Assembly: GCA_016932965.1 (NCBI GenBank)
Contig: JAFGBW010000103.1
Location: forward strand, 2,615 to 66,614
DNA length: 64,000 bases
Source: Candidatus Auribacterota bacterium
Lineage (GTDB): Bacteria; Auribacterota; JAFGBW01
Direction of reading: 5' to 3'
Under the pieces are notes generated by a model, which had not been told where the DNA came from, did no database searches, and saw only the letters and a list, made by a program, of their open reading frames with translations. Below, one piece after another: positions 49,477 to 58,233 of this stretch (its first letter is position 1; every line of letters begins with the position of its first letter). A program made the translations under genes and the position numbers.

Positions 49477-50121
49477 TCATCCTGGACCGCCTCGTGAGAT
49501 ACGCAGCAGATGGTTTTTCCATGAAATCCGTTTTTCCTTAGTCAGGCGATGGAGAAGCCGCGATAAGGTTTCAGGATTGGTGCCGATGGCAGAGGACAGG
49601 TCTTTCTTGGAAATGGGAATGGAGTACAGGTCTTTCTTCCCGTATTGTTCCTCCAGGAAGCTGAAAAATCTGCCTTCCACGTCCCGGGCAGTCAGGTAAA
49701 GGATCCGTCTTGTCAGATAACGCTGTTTTTCCATAAGCATCCGGATGAATTCATTCCGGAATTTTTCCTGGTTCAACAGATGCCGGAATTTCATTTTAGG
49801 CAGGAAAAAGACAAAGCTTTCCTTCAGACATACAGCACTCACCGGATAATTTTCCTTTTCAAACAAGGTCACTTCGGCAAAGATTTCTCCGGGCTGGATC
49901 ATCTTGATAACAGCCTCTTTTCCATCGGGTGTAGTTTTGTAAAGGCGGATGCTTCCTGAGGCCAGAAGAAACGCCCCGTTTCCTGAATCCTCCTCCAGGA
50001 AAAGATGTCCGTTTTTTCTGAATTTTTTACCCATGCAGATGGAACTGAGCAATTGTTTGCTTTGTTCAGAAAGCCCGTCGAATAACTCGACTTTTTTTAA
50101 TATTTCATAGGCATTCATCAA
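49477..50121 (-). CDS. Crp/Fnr family transcriptional regulator
   Basis: 214 aa; N-terminal cNMP-binding beta-roll (LFLEEDSGNGAFLLASGSIRLYK); C-terminal HTH (ISKKDLSSAIGTNPETLSRLLHRL). Confidence 0.8.
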   Translation of the reverse strand: MMNAYEILKKVELFDGLSEQSKQLLSSICMGKKFRKNGHLFLEEDSGNGAFLLASGSIRLYKTTPDGKEAVIKMIQPGEIFAEVTLFEKENYPVSAVCLKESFVFFLPKMKFRHLLNQEKFRNEFIRMLMEKQRYLTRRILYLTARDVEGRFFSFLEEQYGKKDLYSIPISKKDLSSAIGTNPETLSRLLHRLTKEKRISWKNHLLRISRGGPG

Positions 50122-50199
50122 TCTTCGCTTTCTTGACCTGCATCAAGGTTTATTCAATACCCGTTGTTATTATATAGAAATAGAATGAGGAGAGAAATC

Positions 50200-51048
50200 A
50201 TGAAAAGAAAAATTATCCACATCGATGAAAACAAATGCACCGGATGCGGCGAATGTATTCCGGCTTGTCCTGAAGGAGCCATTCAGATTATTGACGGTAA
50301 GGCCATTTTGGTCAGCGACCTTTTTTGCGACGGACTGGGTTCGTGCCTGGGCCATTGTCCTGAAGGAGCGATTCATGTTGAAGAACGGGAGGCGGAAGCT
50401 TATGACGAGGAAAAAACCATGTCCAATATCGTCAAACAGGGAAAATCAGTCGTTCATGCCCATATCCAACATCTTAAAGAGCATGGTGATGAGGTCCATT
50501 TCCAGGAAGCGCTGAATTTTCTTAAACAGAATAAAATGGAGATTCCCCATGAGGAAAACATCCAGTTACAATCCCATTCGCATTCAGGCTGCCCCGGTTC
50601 CATGATGAAGGATTATTCCCAAAAGAAGGATGAAAGGCTCAAGGAAGATGGAAAACGAGGATCTCATTTGCTGCAATGGCCGGTTCAGATGCATCTGATC
50701 TCTCCTGCAGCGCCGTATTTTAAAAGGAAAGACCTCTTACTCGCCGCGGATTGTACCGCTTTTACCGTGGGTGATTTTCATAAGGATTGCCTTCAGGGAA
50801 AGAGCCTCTGTATTGCCTGTCCTAAACTGGATTCCGGCCGGGAAATCTATATTGGAAAAATCCGGGAACTCATTGATGAGGCACAAATCAATACCCTGAC
50901 CGTCATGATCATGGAGGTTCCCTGCTGCGGAGGACTTCTTCAACTGGCCTTGGAAGCGGTCTCCAAGGCAAAAAGAAAGATTCCCATTAAAGAAATCGTG
51001 GTTGGAATTCAGGGGGACATTCTGTCTGAAGACTGGGTGGGTACATGA
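50200..51048 (+). CDS. 4Fe-4S dicluster ferredoxin-domain protein with C-terminal Cys-rich domain
   Basis: ORF 50164..51048; ATG at 50200 follows the RBS gaggagagaaatcATG; CTGCGECIPACP and CDGLGSCLGHCP cluster motifs; further C-terminal Cys (CIACP, CCGG). Confidence 0.6.
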   Translation: MKRKIIHIDENKCTGCGECIPACPEGAIQIIDGKAILVSDLFCDGLGSCLGHCPEGAIHVEEREAEAYDEEKTMSNIVKQGKSVVHAHIQHLKEHGDEVHFQEALNFLKQNKMEIPHEENIQLQSHSHSGCPGSMMKDYSQKKDERLKEDGKRGSHLLQWPVQMHLISPAAPYFKRKDLLLAADCTAFTVGDFHKDCLQGKSLCIACPKLDSGREIYIGKIRELIDEAQINTLTVMIMEVPCCGGLLQLALEAVSKAKRKIPIKEIVVGIQGDILSEDWVGT

Positions 51049-51056
51049 AAACAATG

Positions 51057-51161
51057 AATTAATCCGGTAAACCACCCCAAGAGGATTTGAACCAGCCAAG
51101 TTGTTTGACAATTCCGGAAATTTTAAAAAAGAAATAATTTCATCACAGAGAACACAGAGAT
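51057..51161 (+). repeat. composite repeat element, copy D (5' module + degenerate left arm only)
   Basis: AATTAATCCGGTAAACCACCCCAAGAGGATTTGAACCAGCCAAGTTGTTTGACAATTCCGG...TCATCACAGAGAACACAGAGA; begins 8 bp after the ferredoxin gene stop. Confidence 0.55.
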
Positions 51162-51355
51162 TTATAAAACAAATCTTCTGATTCCTTTAATTGCCTTCAG
51201 TATATTTACTTCTTATCCGTTTGAGGCTTTCATTTATCATGGCGGTATTTTATTCTCATGGCCCCATTTTTTCTCAATAAAGAACAGCTTCTTTTGATCT
51301 GGAATGAAATTGTGCTTGAATCTTTCTTCTGCGCAGGTTAAATTCTCTTTAAATC

Positions 51356-51787
51356 ATGAATCTTGGAAGAAGCATGAAACAAAAAATTTTAATCCTGGAA
51401 GAGGATCCGTCGCTTCGCTATCTGTTGAAGATGCATCTGGAAGCCGCTGAATATGAAGTCACGGTTGCGTCTCATTTGTCTGAATGCCTGAATGTATGCA
51501 AAAGTATCAAACCCGTGCTGATATTAATGGAACTGCGGAGTACGGATAAATCTTTTTCAGCTTTTTTCCCCGAAATCAAAAACAATCCTTCCATCTATGG
51601 AATCCCTGTTATCGTGGGTATTACCACGAATGAGGAAAGTGAGTTCATCGCCTCTTATTTGAAGGTAAAAGGAGAAATTGATTCCGTATTTAGAAAACCT
51701 TTTGAGTTTGAAGATCTGAACCGGGAGGTAACAAAGCTTCTTACAGGTGTCAGGGGTAGGACACAAACGGGCACAGGTAAAAAATAG
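51356..51787 (+). CDS. stand-alone receiver (REC) domain protein with Glu at the phospho-acceptor position
   Basis: 143 aa; ILILEEDPS acidic pocket, conserved T (GITT) and K (FRKPF), but the canonical Asp position reads LILMEL, a D to E substitution; no output domain. Confidence 0.5.
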   Translation: MNLGRSMKQKILILEEDPSLRYLLKMHLEAAEYEVTVASHLSECLNVCKSIKPVLILMELRSTDKSFSAFFPEIKNNPSIYGIPVIVGITTNEESEFIASYLKVKGEIDSVFRKPFEFEDLNREVTKLLTGVRGRTQTGTGKK

Positions 51788-51855
51788 TCAGATAGCTTAA
51801 CCGGAAAAGATATATTCTCCACATAACGATACGCCGGATAAGGGGTCAGGAAGAC

Positions 51856-52707
51856 ATGGATATTAAATTTTTCGGCCAGTATTTATTGGAAAAAAACATC
51901 ATTACTAAAGTCCAGCTTCTGGAGGCAATCACACTCCAGACCAATACCAATATTTCTTTGCCCATTCTCGCTGTCAAATTGGGTTATATCGACAAGTCCG
52001 CTCATGATAAGATCCAGCAATATCAGATCAGAAATAATCTGAGCTTCATCGAGGCAGCCAAACAACTGCAACTTATCTCTTCTGAAAAACTCGAACATCT
52101 CATTGCGAGACAAGTTTCCAATAATATCCTTCTGGGAGAAGCCCTTGTCAGAAAAAATATTCTTTCCCAGGAACAGGTTGACGAGCATTTCCGCCGTTTC
52201 AGGACAGAACAGTCTGCACTGGAACTGGAAATATTGAGTTCCATCTCATCCCACCACTATGGAGATATCATCGGTGCGTCGCTGCAGTCTTCCGTGAATC
52301 TGTTCCGTTACGCCATGGATGTTCAGCCCAGGATCGGGGCTTTTTATACCCATACTAGCAGCAGCTCTGATCAATACCCCTGGGTTGCTTTTCAGTCTCT
52401 GCAGGGAGATTATAATTTCACCTTTCATCTTTATGTGACTGAACCGCTTATATGTCAGATAGCTTCCTCACTGGTTCAAAGAAGGGTGGATGATATCAAT
52501 GAATTGTCTCTGGATGCCATGAAGGAATTTGTCAATACCATTGTCGGATATATCTGCACCACGCTTTCCATTAAAAATATAAAGGAAGAACCGACGCTGC
52601 CTGAAATCGAACGAACGGAAAAAATGATCAAAACGAATGAAATGGTAAAATTGGTGCTGCGTTTTCCTGAAGAAGTCGTTGAAATAGGGATCATCTTTCA
52701 CGAGTAA
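51856..52707 (+). CDS. tandem T2SSE_N/MshEN-like domains + CheX/CheC-like C-terminal domain protein
   Basis: 283 aa; two copies of a GspE-N-like motif (FGQYLLEKNIITKVQLLEAI; LGEALVRKNILSQEQVDEHF); C-terminus SLDAMKEFVNTIVGYICTTLS resembles CheX. Confidence 0.4.
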   Translation: MDIKFFGQYLLEKNIITKVQLLEAITLQTNTNISLPILAVKLGYIDKSAHDKIQQYQIRNNLSFIEAAKQLQLISSEKLEHLIARQVSNNILLGEALVRKNILSQEQVDEHFRRFRTEQSALELEILSSISSHHYGDIIGASLQSSVNLFRYAMDVQPRIGAFYTHTSSSSDQYPWVAFQSLQGDYNFTFHLYVTEPLICQIASSLVQRRVDDINELSLDAMKEFVNTIVGYICTTLSIKNIKEEPTLPEIERTEKMIKTNEMVKLVLRFPEEVVEIGIIFHE

Positions 52708-52725
52708 TTGAGTGTCAAATAAAAA

Positions 52726-52944
52726 AGTTTATCACGGAGGACACGAAGGAATTTAAGTTATGAGTTGGAATGATGAGATTTTAACTCACAACTGACACTC
52801 AAAACTCTTTTTATCCTCTGTGGTAAAAAATTTTATCAACAGAATTTATCATTGATCATGCCACTTTGAGTGGTGTTATCCATGTGGTTTGAGCTGATAA
52901 CTATTTTCAATCCTCTGGCTCTGGCGGAAGTAACTGACTTGAGA
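52726..52944 (+). repeat. composite repeat element, copy E (IR hairpin + 3' module)
   Basis: IR-L ATCACGGAGGACACGAAGGA (52731-52750) and IR-R TCCTCTGTGGTAAAA (about 52813-52827). Loop shares GTTATGAGTTGGAATGATGAG with copy C. 3' module ATGCCACTTTGAGTGG...GGTTTGAGCTG...ATTTTCAATCCTCTGGCTCTGGCGGAAGTAACTGACTTGAG ends 8 bp before the TTG start of the rSAM gene. Confidence 0.6.
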
Positions 52945-52952
52945 TCTGTAAG

Positions 52953-53924
52953 TTGATATTTGAAGATTATTATAGCAATCTCCTTCATCATTGCGCTCTT
53001 TGTCCCAGGCAGTGCCACGCTGATCGGTTTTCTTCAAAATTGGGTTATTGCAACACGGGGGCGGTCTTTCCTGTTTCCTCGATCTGCCTTCATCATGGTG
53101 AAGAACCGGTCATTTCCGGAAAAAGAGGCATCTGTAATATTTTTTTCAGTCATTGCAATCTCCAGTGCCGTTATTGCCAGAATTATCAGATCAGCAGCAA
53201 TGTCATTGGGGTTGGCCCAATAGTGTTGGAATTGGAGGAAATCATTACGCAACTGGAGGTGCATTTAAAAAATAAGATTACCCGAATCGGGTTTGTTTCG
53301 CCGTCCCATGTTCTGCCTCAGGTGGAAATCATCATGAAGAGGCTGCGTGAAAGGAATTGGAATCCCGTTTTTGTCTATAATACGAACGGCTATGACAGGA
53401 GTGAACAGATACGGTCCCTGGAAGGGCGGATCCAGGTTTATCTGCCTGACCTCAAATATACGGATGGATCTGTCTCCAAAGCCTATTCGGATGCAGCCGA
53501 TTATCCTTTTTATGCGAAAGAGGCCATTAAAGAGATGTTTCGTCAAAAAGGGAGTGAAATCATTCTGGATGAACAAGGAGAAATTTTATCAGGCTTGATC
53601 ATTCGCCATCTGGTTATTCCCGGGCAGGTTGAAAACAGTATAGCCTGCCTTCGTTTCATTGCAGAGGAACTTTCCCCTGATGTGTCAGTTTCCCTCATGT
53701 CCCAGTATCATCCGGTGCCGGCCACGATCAAACACAGATGTCTTGGAAGGACTCTCAACAAAGAAGAATATGCCCAAGTCAGGCATGAGCTTGAAAAACT
53801 GGGAATGCAAAACGGCTGGATCCAGGAATTGGAAAGTTCCGCCTATTATTTTCCTGATTTCAACCGGCCCCATCCGTTTGAAGAAAAAAATCACCACGGA
53901 GGACGCGGAGAGCACGGAGAATAA
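52953..53924 (+). CDS. radical SAM protein, PflX/YjjW-like (pyruvate formate-lyase activating enzyme-related)
   Basis: 323 aa; CALCPRQCHADR...GYC...HHGEEPVISG...FFSHCNLQCRYCQN matches the PflX-family N-terminus and CX3CX2C; TTG start; the last 12 codons and stop are contributed by repeat fragment F. Confidence 0.65.
   Translation: MIFEDYYSNLLHHCALCPRQCHADRFSSKLGYCNTGAVFPVSSICLHHGEEPVISGKRGICNIFFSHCNLQCRYCQNYQISSNVIGVGPIVLELEEIITQLEVHLKNKITRIGFVSPSHVLPQVEIIMKRLRERNWNPVFVYNTNGYDRSEQIRSLEGRIQVYLPDLKYTDGSVSKAYSDAADYPFYAKEAIKEMFRQKGSEIILDEQGEILSGLIIRHLVIPGQVENSIACLRFIAEELSPDVSVSLMSQYHPVPATIKHRCLGRTLNKEEYAQVRHELEKLGMQNGWIQELESSAYYFPDFNRPHPFEEKNHHGGRGEHGE
53892..53920 (+). repeat. repeat IR-arm fragment, copy F (embedded in the 3' end of the rSAM CDS)
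   Basis: CACCACGGAGGACGCGGAGAGCACGGAGA is 26/29 identical to the IR-L consensus; it encodes the HHGGRGEHGE-stop tail of the rSAM protein. Confidence 0.6.
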
Positions 53925-53927
53925 GAG

Positions 53928-55580
53928 TTATTCCTCGAATTCATCTGATATTTTTGTGATATAATCAACGATGAATCTTCCGGCAAGATCATGGGGGGAA
54001 ACGACGGCATCGGCTCCGGCATGGATGAGTATTTCTTCCTGTTCCTCTCCGTCTCCCGTGGCGATCACTCTTGCCTTTGGATTCAGGGTTTTACAATTCC
54101 TGACTAGGCTGTAATTATTCGTGCCTTTGAGCAGAACATCCGGGATGGATGAAATGATGATTTGCGCATTGGCTATGTCCGCATGCTGGAGTGTATCGGT
54201 ATGGCTGATATCCCCGAATACGGCTTCGATATGACGGGTTTTGAGCTCGCGGATCAATTCCATGTTGAAATCAATCACTCGGATTTTTTTCAGAAGCTCA
54301 GGACAGGTGTCCTCCAGGATATTGATAATAGCCCTGCCGCCCCGGTGCATACCCAGTAACAGAATCGGACAGGATTCTTTTTGGGGTTTGATATGATGTT
54401 CCTCCAGAAACTTGATCCATTTGTTTTTTTTCAAGAAGGATTCAACCCATCCGTAAATCGTATAATTATATTTGATGAAATAGGAGGAAAGAATCGAACT
54501 GGCCGCCATGGTATAGATGAGAATGTCCAGGATTTTCTGATCGATATGCTTCAATTGGATACCGATGAGCGCAATGACGAGTGAAAATTCGCTGATCTGG
54601 GAAAGATTAAGCGATGTGATGAAGGCCGTTCTGGGTCCTGAACCTTGCATCATCATGATGGGAATGAGACTTATAAAACGGGTAGTCATGATGAAAAGCG
54701 TCAGGAGGAGACTGTAATAGATGATGGTTTCATCAGGACGGGTGATTTTCATGCCTAGTGAGACAAAGAAAAGAACCAGGAAAAAGTCCCTCAATGGCTG
54801 GGTTTTGGCCGTGATGTGAATGCTGTAGGGGAAGGAGGAAATGGAGATGCCAGCGATCAAGGCTCCCATCTCAATAGAGAGCCCTAAAAGGCCCGCAAGC
54901 CAGGAGACCAGTGCGCACCAGCCGATGGAAATGGACAAAACCATTTCCGGCGAATGGTGAACGGAAGCGCAGATTTTTTTCAGTACGTATTTGCTGAAAA
55001 AAAAGGCAAAGGTCACGAGCAGGGTGCTCTTGATGACAGCGAGTCCAATGATCCGGAAGTCGAAATGGTTGAAATTGGGCTGGAAGGCTAATATCAGGAT
55101 GGCCCATAAGTCCTGAATGATCAGGATGCCAACAGAAAATTGCCCGTGGAGCGTATCCAGCTCAAACTTGTCGTTTAAAGCCTTGACCACAATGGCAGTG
55201 CTGCTGAGGGCGCATAAAAGGGAAAGATACAGAATATTCATCGTGTTATTTTTCCCGAACAGGACAAGGAAAAAAGGAATCCCGAGTAGCACACACAGGA
55301 CAAACTGACCGATTCCCGCTGTCAGCAGTCGTTTCCCGGCACGAATGAGAGAGGCGATATGAAGTTCCAATCCTGTGATGAAAAGAAGCAGAATAAGGCC
55401 GATTTCAGAAATGATTTCAATGTTGACCTGATTTTCTATCAATTTGCATCCGATCGGGCCGACAATGACTCCGGTGATCAGGTAACCGAGGAGGATAGGC
55501 TGTTTGAACCGGAAACTGATGAGGCCGACTGCAGCAGCGATGATGATGATGGTTCCGATGTCTTCGATAATGTGGTGCAT
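53928..55580 (-). CDS. Kef-type cation:proton antiporter with C-terminal RCK/TrkA-N domain
   Basis: 550 aa; about 12 TM Na+/H+ exchanger-like core; C-terminal Rossmann ILLLGMHRGGRAIINIL...FGDISHTDTLQHADIANAQIII. Confidence 0.8.
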   Translation of the reverse strand: MHHIIEDIGTIIIIAAAVGLISFRFKQPILLGYLITGVIVGPIGCKLIENQVNIEIISEIGLILLLFITGLELHIASLIRAGKRLLTAGIGQFVLCVLLGIPFFLVLFGKNNTMNILYLSLLCALSSTAIVVKALNDKFELDTLHGQFSVGILIIQDLWAILILAFQPNFNHFDFRIIGLAVIKSTLLVTFAFFFSKYVLKKICASVHHSPEMVLSISIGWCALVSWLAGLLGLSIEMGALIAGISISSFPYSIHITAKTQPLRDFFLVLFFVSLGMKITRPDETIIYYSLLLTLFIMTTRFISLIPIMMMQGSGPRTAFITSLNLSQISEFSLVIALIGIQLKHIDQKILDILIYTMAASSILSSYFIKYNYTIYGWVESFLKKNKWIKFLEEHHIKPQKESCPILLLGMHRGGRAIINILEDTCPELLKKIRVIDFNMELIRELKTRHIEAVFGDISHTDTLQHADIANAQIIISSIPDVLLKGTNNYSLVRNCKTLNPKARVIATGDGEEQEEILIHAGADAVVSPHDLAGRFIVDYITKISDEFEE

Positions 55581-55646
55581 GTGATCGGGTCTTCTGTTGG
55601 TTTAGTGGGAGCAGGAAAAATGATTAACTAGCATTCCTTTACCGGG

Positions 55647-56912
55647 TTATGGCCTGAATTCATCCAGTTTTTTAAAATCGAGCGTCCTAAAATAATCCTG
55701 GACGTTTTCGGCCCGGCGTATGGGGATGACCTGGCCGTTTTTCCTGAGTAGTAATTCCGCGGAACGGAGTTTGCCGTTGTAATTGAATCCCATGGCATGA
55801 CCGTGCGCTCCTGTGTCATGGATCACGATGATATCGCCTATTTTGATCTTTGGCAGTTTCCGGTCAATCGCAAATTTGTCGTTGTTTTCGCACAGTGAAC
55901 CTGTGACATCCACGGTTTCTTCAGGAGTATTTCGCTTTTTATTCAAAACCGTGATATGATGATAAGCTTTATACAAGGCCGGCCGCATGAGGTTCGCCAT
56001 GCAGGCATCCAGACCGATGTATTTTTTATAGATATCTTTGATATGCAGAACCCGGGACACAAGGTATCCATAAGGCCCTGTGATCATGCGTCCGCATTCC
56101 ATGAATATTTTTAGCGGTGCCAGGCCTGCTGTTGCGATTTTTTTCCTGTAAAGACGCTCGATTCCTTTGCCGATGCAAACGAGATCCACGGGTTTATCTT
56201 CAGGACGGTAAGGGATCCCGATTCCTCCGCTTAAATTGACGAATTCCAGTTTTATTCCGAGCGTATTTTGTAATTCGATGGCCAGATCAAAGAGCATATT
56301 CGCCGTATCAATGAAATATTGGGCGTGCAGTTCATTGGATGCAACAAAGGTATGCAACCCGAAACGCTTAGCCCCTTTCTGACGGACCATTTTGAAACCT
56401 TCAAAGAGCTGGGCCTTGGTGAAACCGTATTTGGATTCTTCGGGGTGTCCGATGATGAAATTGCCTTTCCGCAGCTTGCCGGGATTATAACGGAAGGAAA
56501 TCACTTTTGGAATGCCGGTGATTTTTTCCAGAAAGGGGATGTGGCTGATGTCATCCAGGTTGATGATGGCACCCAATTCCGCGGCTTTTTTATATTCCGC
56601 TGCCGGGGTGTCATTGGAGGTGAACATGATCTCTTCACCGGTGATGCCCGCTTTTTCCGACAGCATCAGTTCAGGCAGGGAACTGCAGTCCGTTCCGAAT
56701 CCTTCCTTGTGCAGAAGTTTCAGGATATATGGATTGGGAGTGGCCTTGACGGCAAAGTATTCCTTAAAACCCTTGTTCCAGGAAAAAGCCTTTTTAAAAT
56801 TCCGGACATTTTCAAGCATGGATTTTTCATCATAAATATGAAAAGGGGTCGGATATCGTTCAATGATTTTTAATAATTGTTCATAAGTAAATGGGATGGT
56901 TTTATTAACCAT
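55647..56912 (-). CDS. lysA: PLP-dependent decarboxylase, diaminopimelate decarboxylase family (fold-type III)
   Basis: 421 aa; YFAVKATPN (PLP Lys); C-terminal GLDACMANLMRPALYKAYHHI, VDVTGSLCENNDKF and HDTGAHGHAMGFNYN closely parallel LysA motifs; EPGR is ECGR here. Confidence 0.6.
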   Translation of the reverse strand: MVNKTIPFTYEQLLKIIERYPTPFHIYDEKSMLENVRNFKKAFSWNKGFKEYFAVKATPNPYILKLLHKEGFGTDCSSLPELMLSEKAGITGEEIMFTSNDTPAAEYKKAAELGAIINLDDISHIPFLEKITGIPKVISFRYNPGKLRKGNFIIGHPEESKYGFTKAQLFEGFKMVRQKGAKRFGLHTFVASNELHAQYFIDTANMLFDLAIELQNTLGIKLEFVNLSGGIGIPYRPEDKPVDLVCIGKGIERLYRKKIATAGLAPLKIFMECGRMITGPYGYLVSRVLHIKDIYKKYIGLDACMANLMRPALYKAYHHITVLNKKRNTPEETVDVTGSLCENNDKFAIDRKLPKIKIGDIIVIHDTGAHGHAMGFNYNGKLRSAELLLRKNGQVIPIRRAENVQDYFRTLDFKKLDEFRP

Positions 56913-57296
56913 GTGGGCTCCTCAATAATCTGCTTGTGATGTAATGGGTTCTGGTTTCCCTGCAGTTTCTTCTGCTGTCTGCAAAAATAATGATGAAAAA
57001 TAATAAAGCCTTTCAGGAGATTCAAGATAAATCCTTTAACTAACCTGCATCTTTCTTAACATCATGCTATTACAGCCTGCAATTTCTTGCTGCAAGCCTC
57101 GTTTCTCGAAATTATTTAGGCATAATATGTCCAATATTGCTTCCTCGTGAAATCGTTTCAGCTTAAGCTTTCACGGCGGATTGAGATGCTTCATTACGAA
57201 GATATCATGTGATGTGTGGATTACATACCTCAGATTCCGGGACAGTATGGATATAAATGGCAATCGCCAGTCGGGTTTTCTTATCCTTTTATTGTT

Positions 57297-57926
57297 TTAC
57301 CATTGACTGGGACGAATATTGATAAGAATAAAAAAGAATAAATAGGAAAGGAGTTCGTAGAGTTCAGTATAATAATAGGCAACATAGCTTTTTTCATACA
57401 GAATAAGAGAGAGACAGTTTCCGAGATTAATTCCAAAAAATATGCAGATTTTAACCATGTCAAGAGGGGGAATCCCTGCTATTCTCAACATGTTGCGATC
57501 ATACAGGTTAAATAATGCGTAGAGTATAAATACTGCTATCATTATTCTTTCAAGCTGTTTTTTTACTATGTTGTGAATATTTATTTCGTGATAGACATTA
57601 TATTTAATAAAGAATGCCGGACTTTGAATGTGAAATATGCTTTGTCCATAATTTATTTCTTCGAGGAAAATGAAGACAAATCCAATACCTGCACCGAGGA
57701 AGAAGAGACGATACTGTCTCCAGCCGATTTGTCGGCTTCTTATAAAACAGGAAAGGGCAGTCAGCAGCAATAATACTGCCTGCAGGTTTTCTACAAGATG
57801 ATGTTCTCGAAAGCAATCCGGATTGAAAAAATACAGGACGTGCAGAAGTAAAAAACCGGACCCCAGTATAACTCCCAGAGAAATGTTCTTTTTTTTTAAG
57901 GCGTTTTGCGCCATTTCAGTTTTCAT
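57297..57926 (-). CDS. hypothetical polytopic membrane protein
   Basis: 209 aa; 5-6 hydrophobic segments; no motif. Confidence 0.35.
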   Translation of the reverse strand: MKTEMAQNALKKKNISLGVILGSGFLLLHVLYFFNPDCFREHHLVENLQAVLLLLTALSCFIRSRQIGWRQYRLFFLGAGIGFVFIFLEEINYGQSIFHIQSPAFFIKYNVYHEINIHNIVKKQLERIMIAVFILYALFNLYDRNMLRIAGIPPLDMVKICIFFGINLGNCLSLILYEKSYVAYYYTELYELLSYLFFFILINIRPSQW

Positions 57927-58233
57927 GAGGTCTAATTTGGTAAATGGTTTTGATTTTCCTTTATACAGGGAATGAATTCAGCGGTTTTTTCACCCTTGTC
58001 TGGGTGGGGTGTTGATAAGGATCACCAAGAATAAATAATAAAGAAATCCTGTGATTTCAAAATAAAAATCTCCGACTACATTCATACTATATGCCAAAGC
58101 ACAGATAGTATCATGATAAATGTTGTTTCCGATTAGATTAATGAGGTCTCAGGAAATATGACAGAGAATTTATAAACATCTAAAAATGATGGTTGGTGCG
58201 TGATTCAACCGTTTTCTCAGTATCTGTTTCCAT

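Noticed and set aside
18197-53920. CRISPR array interpretation of the recurring 30-bp sequence
   Set aside because: Copies are inverted pairs separated by about 90 bp, units are tens of kb apart, there are no regularly spaced direct repeats with unique spacers, and no cas genes were found.
55647-56912. Carboxy(nor)spermidine decarboxylase assignment for the fold-III decarboxylase, which would tie it to pdaD and the spermidine-synthase-like gene
   Set aside because: C-terminal motifs align much better to LysA (LIRPALYGAYH-like, CESGD-like, GAYGASMSSNYN-like) than to NspC/CANSDC, so the LysA-family call is kept with moderate confidence.
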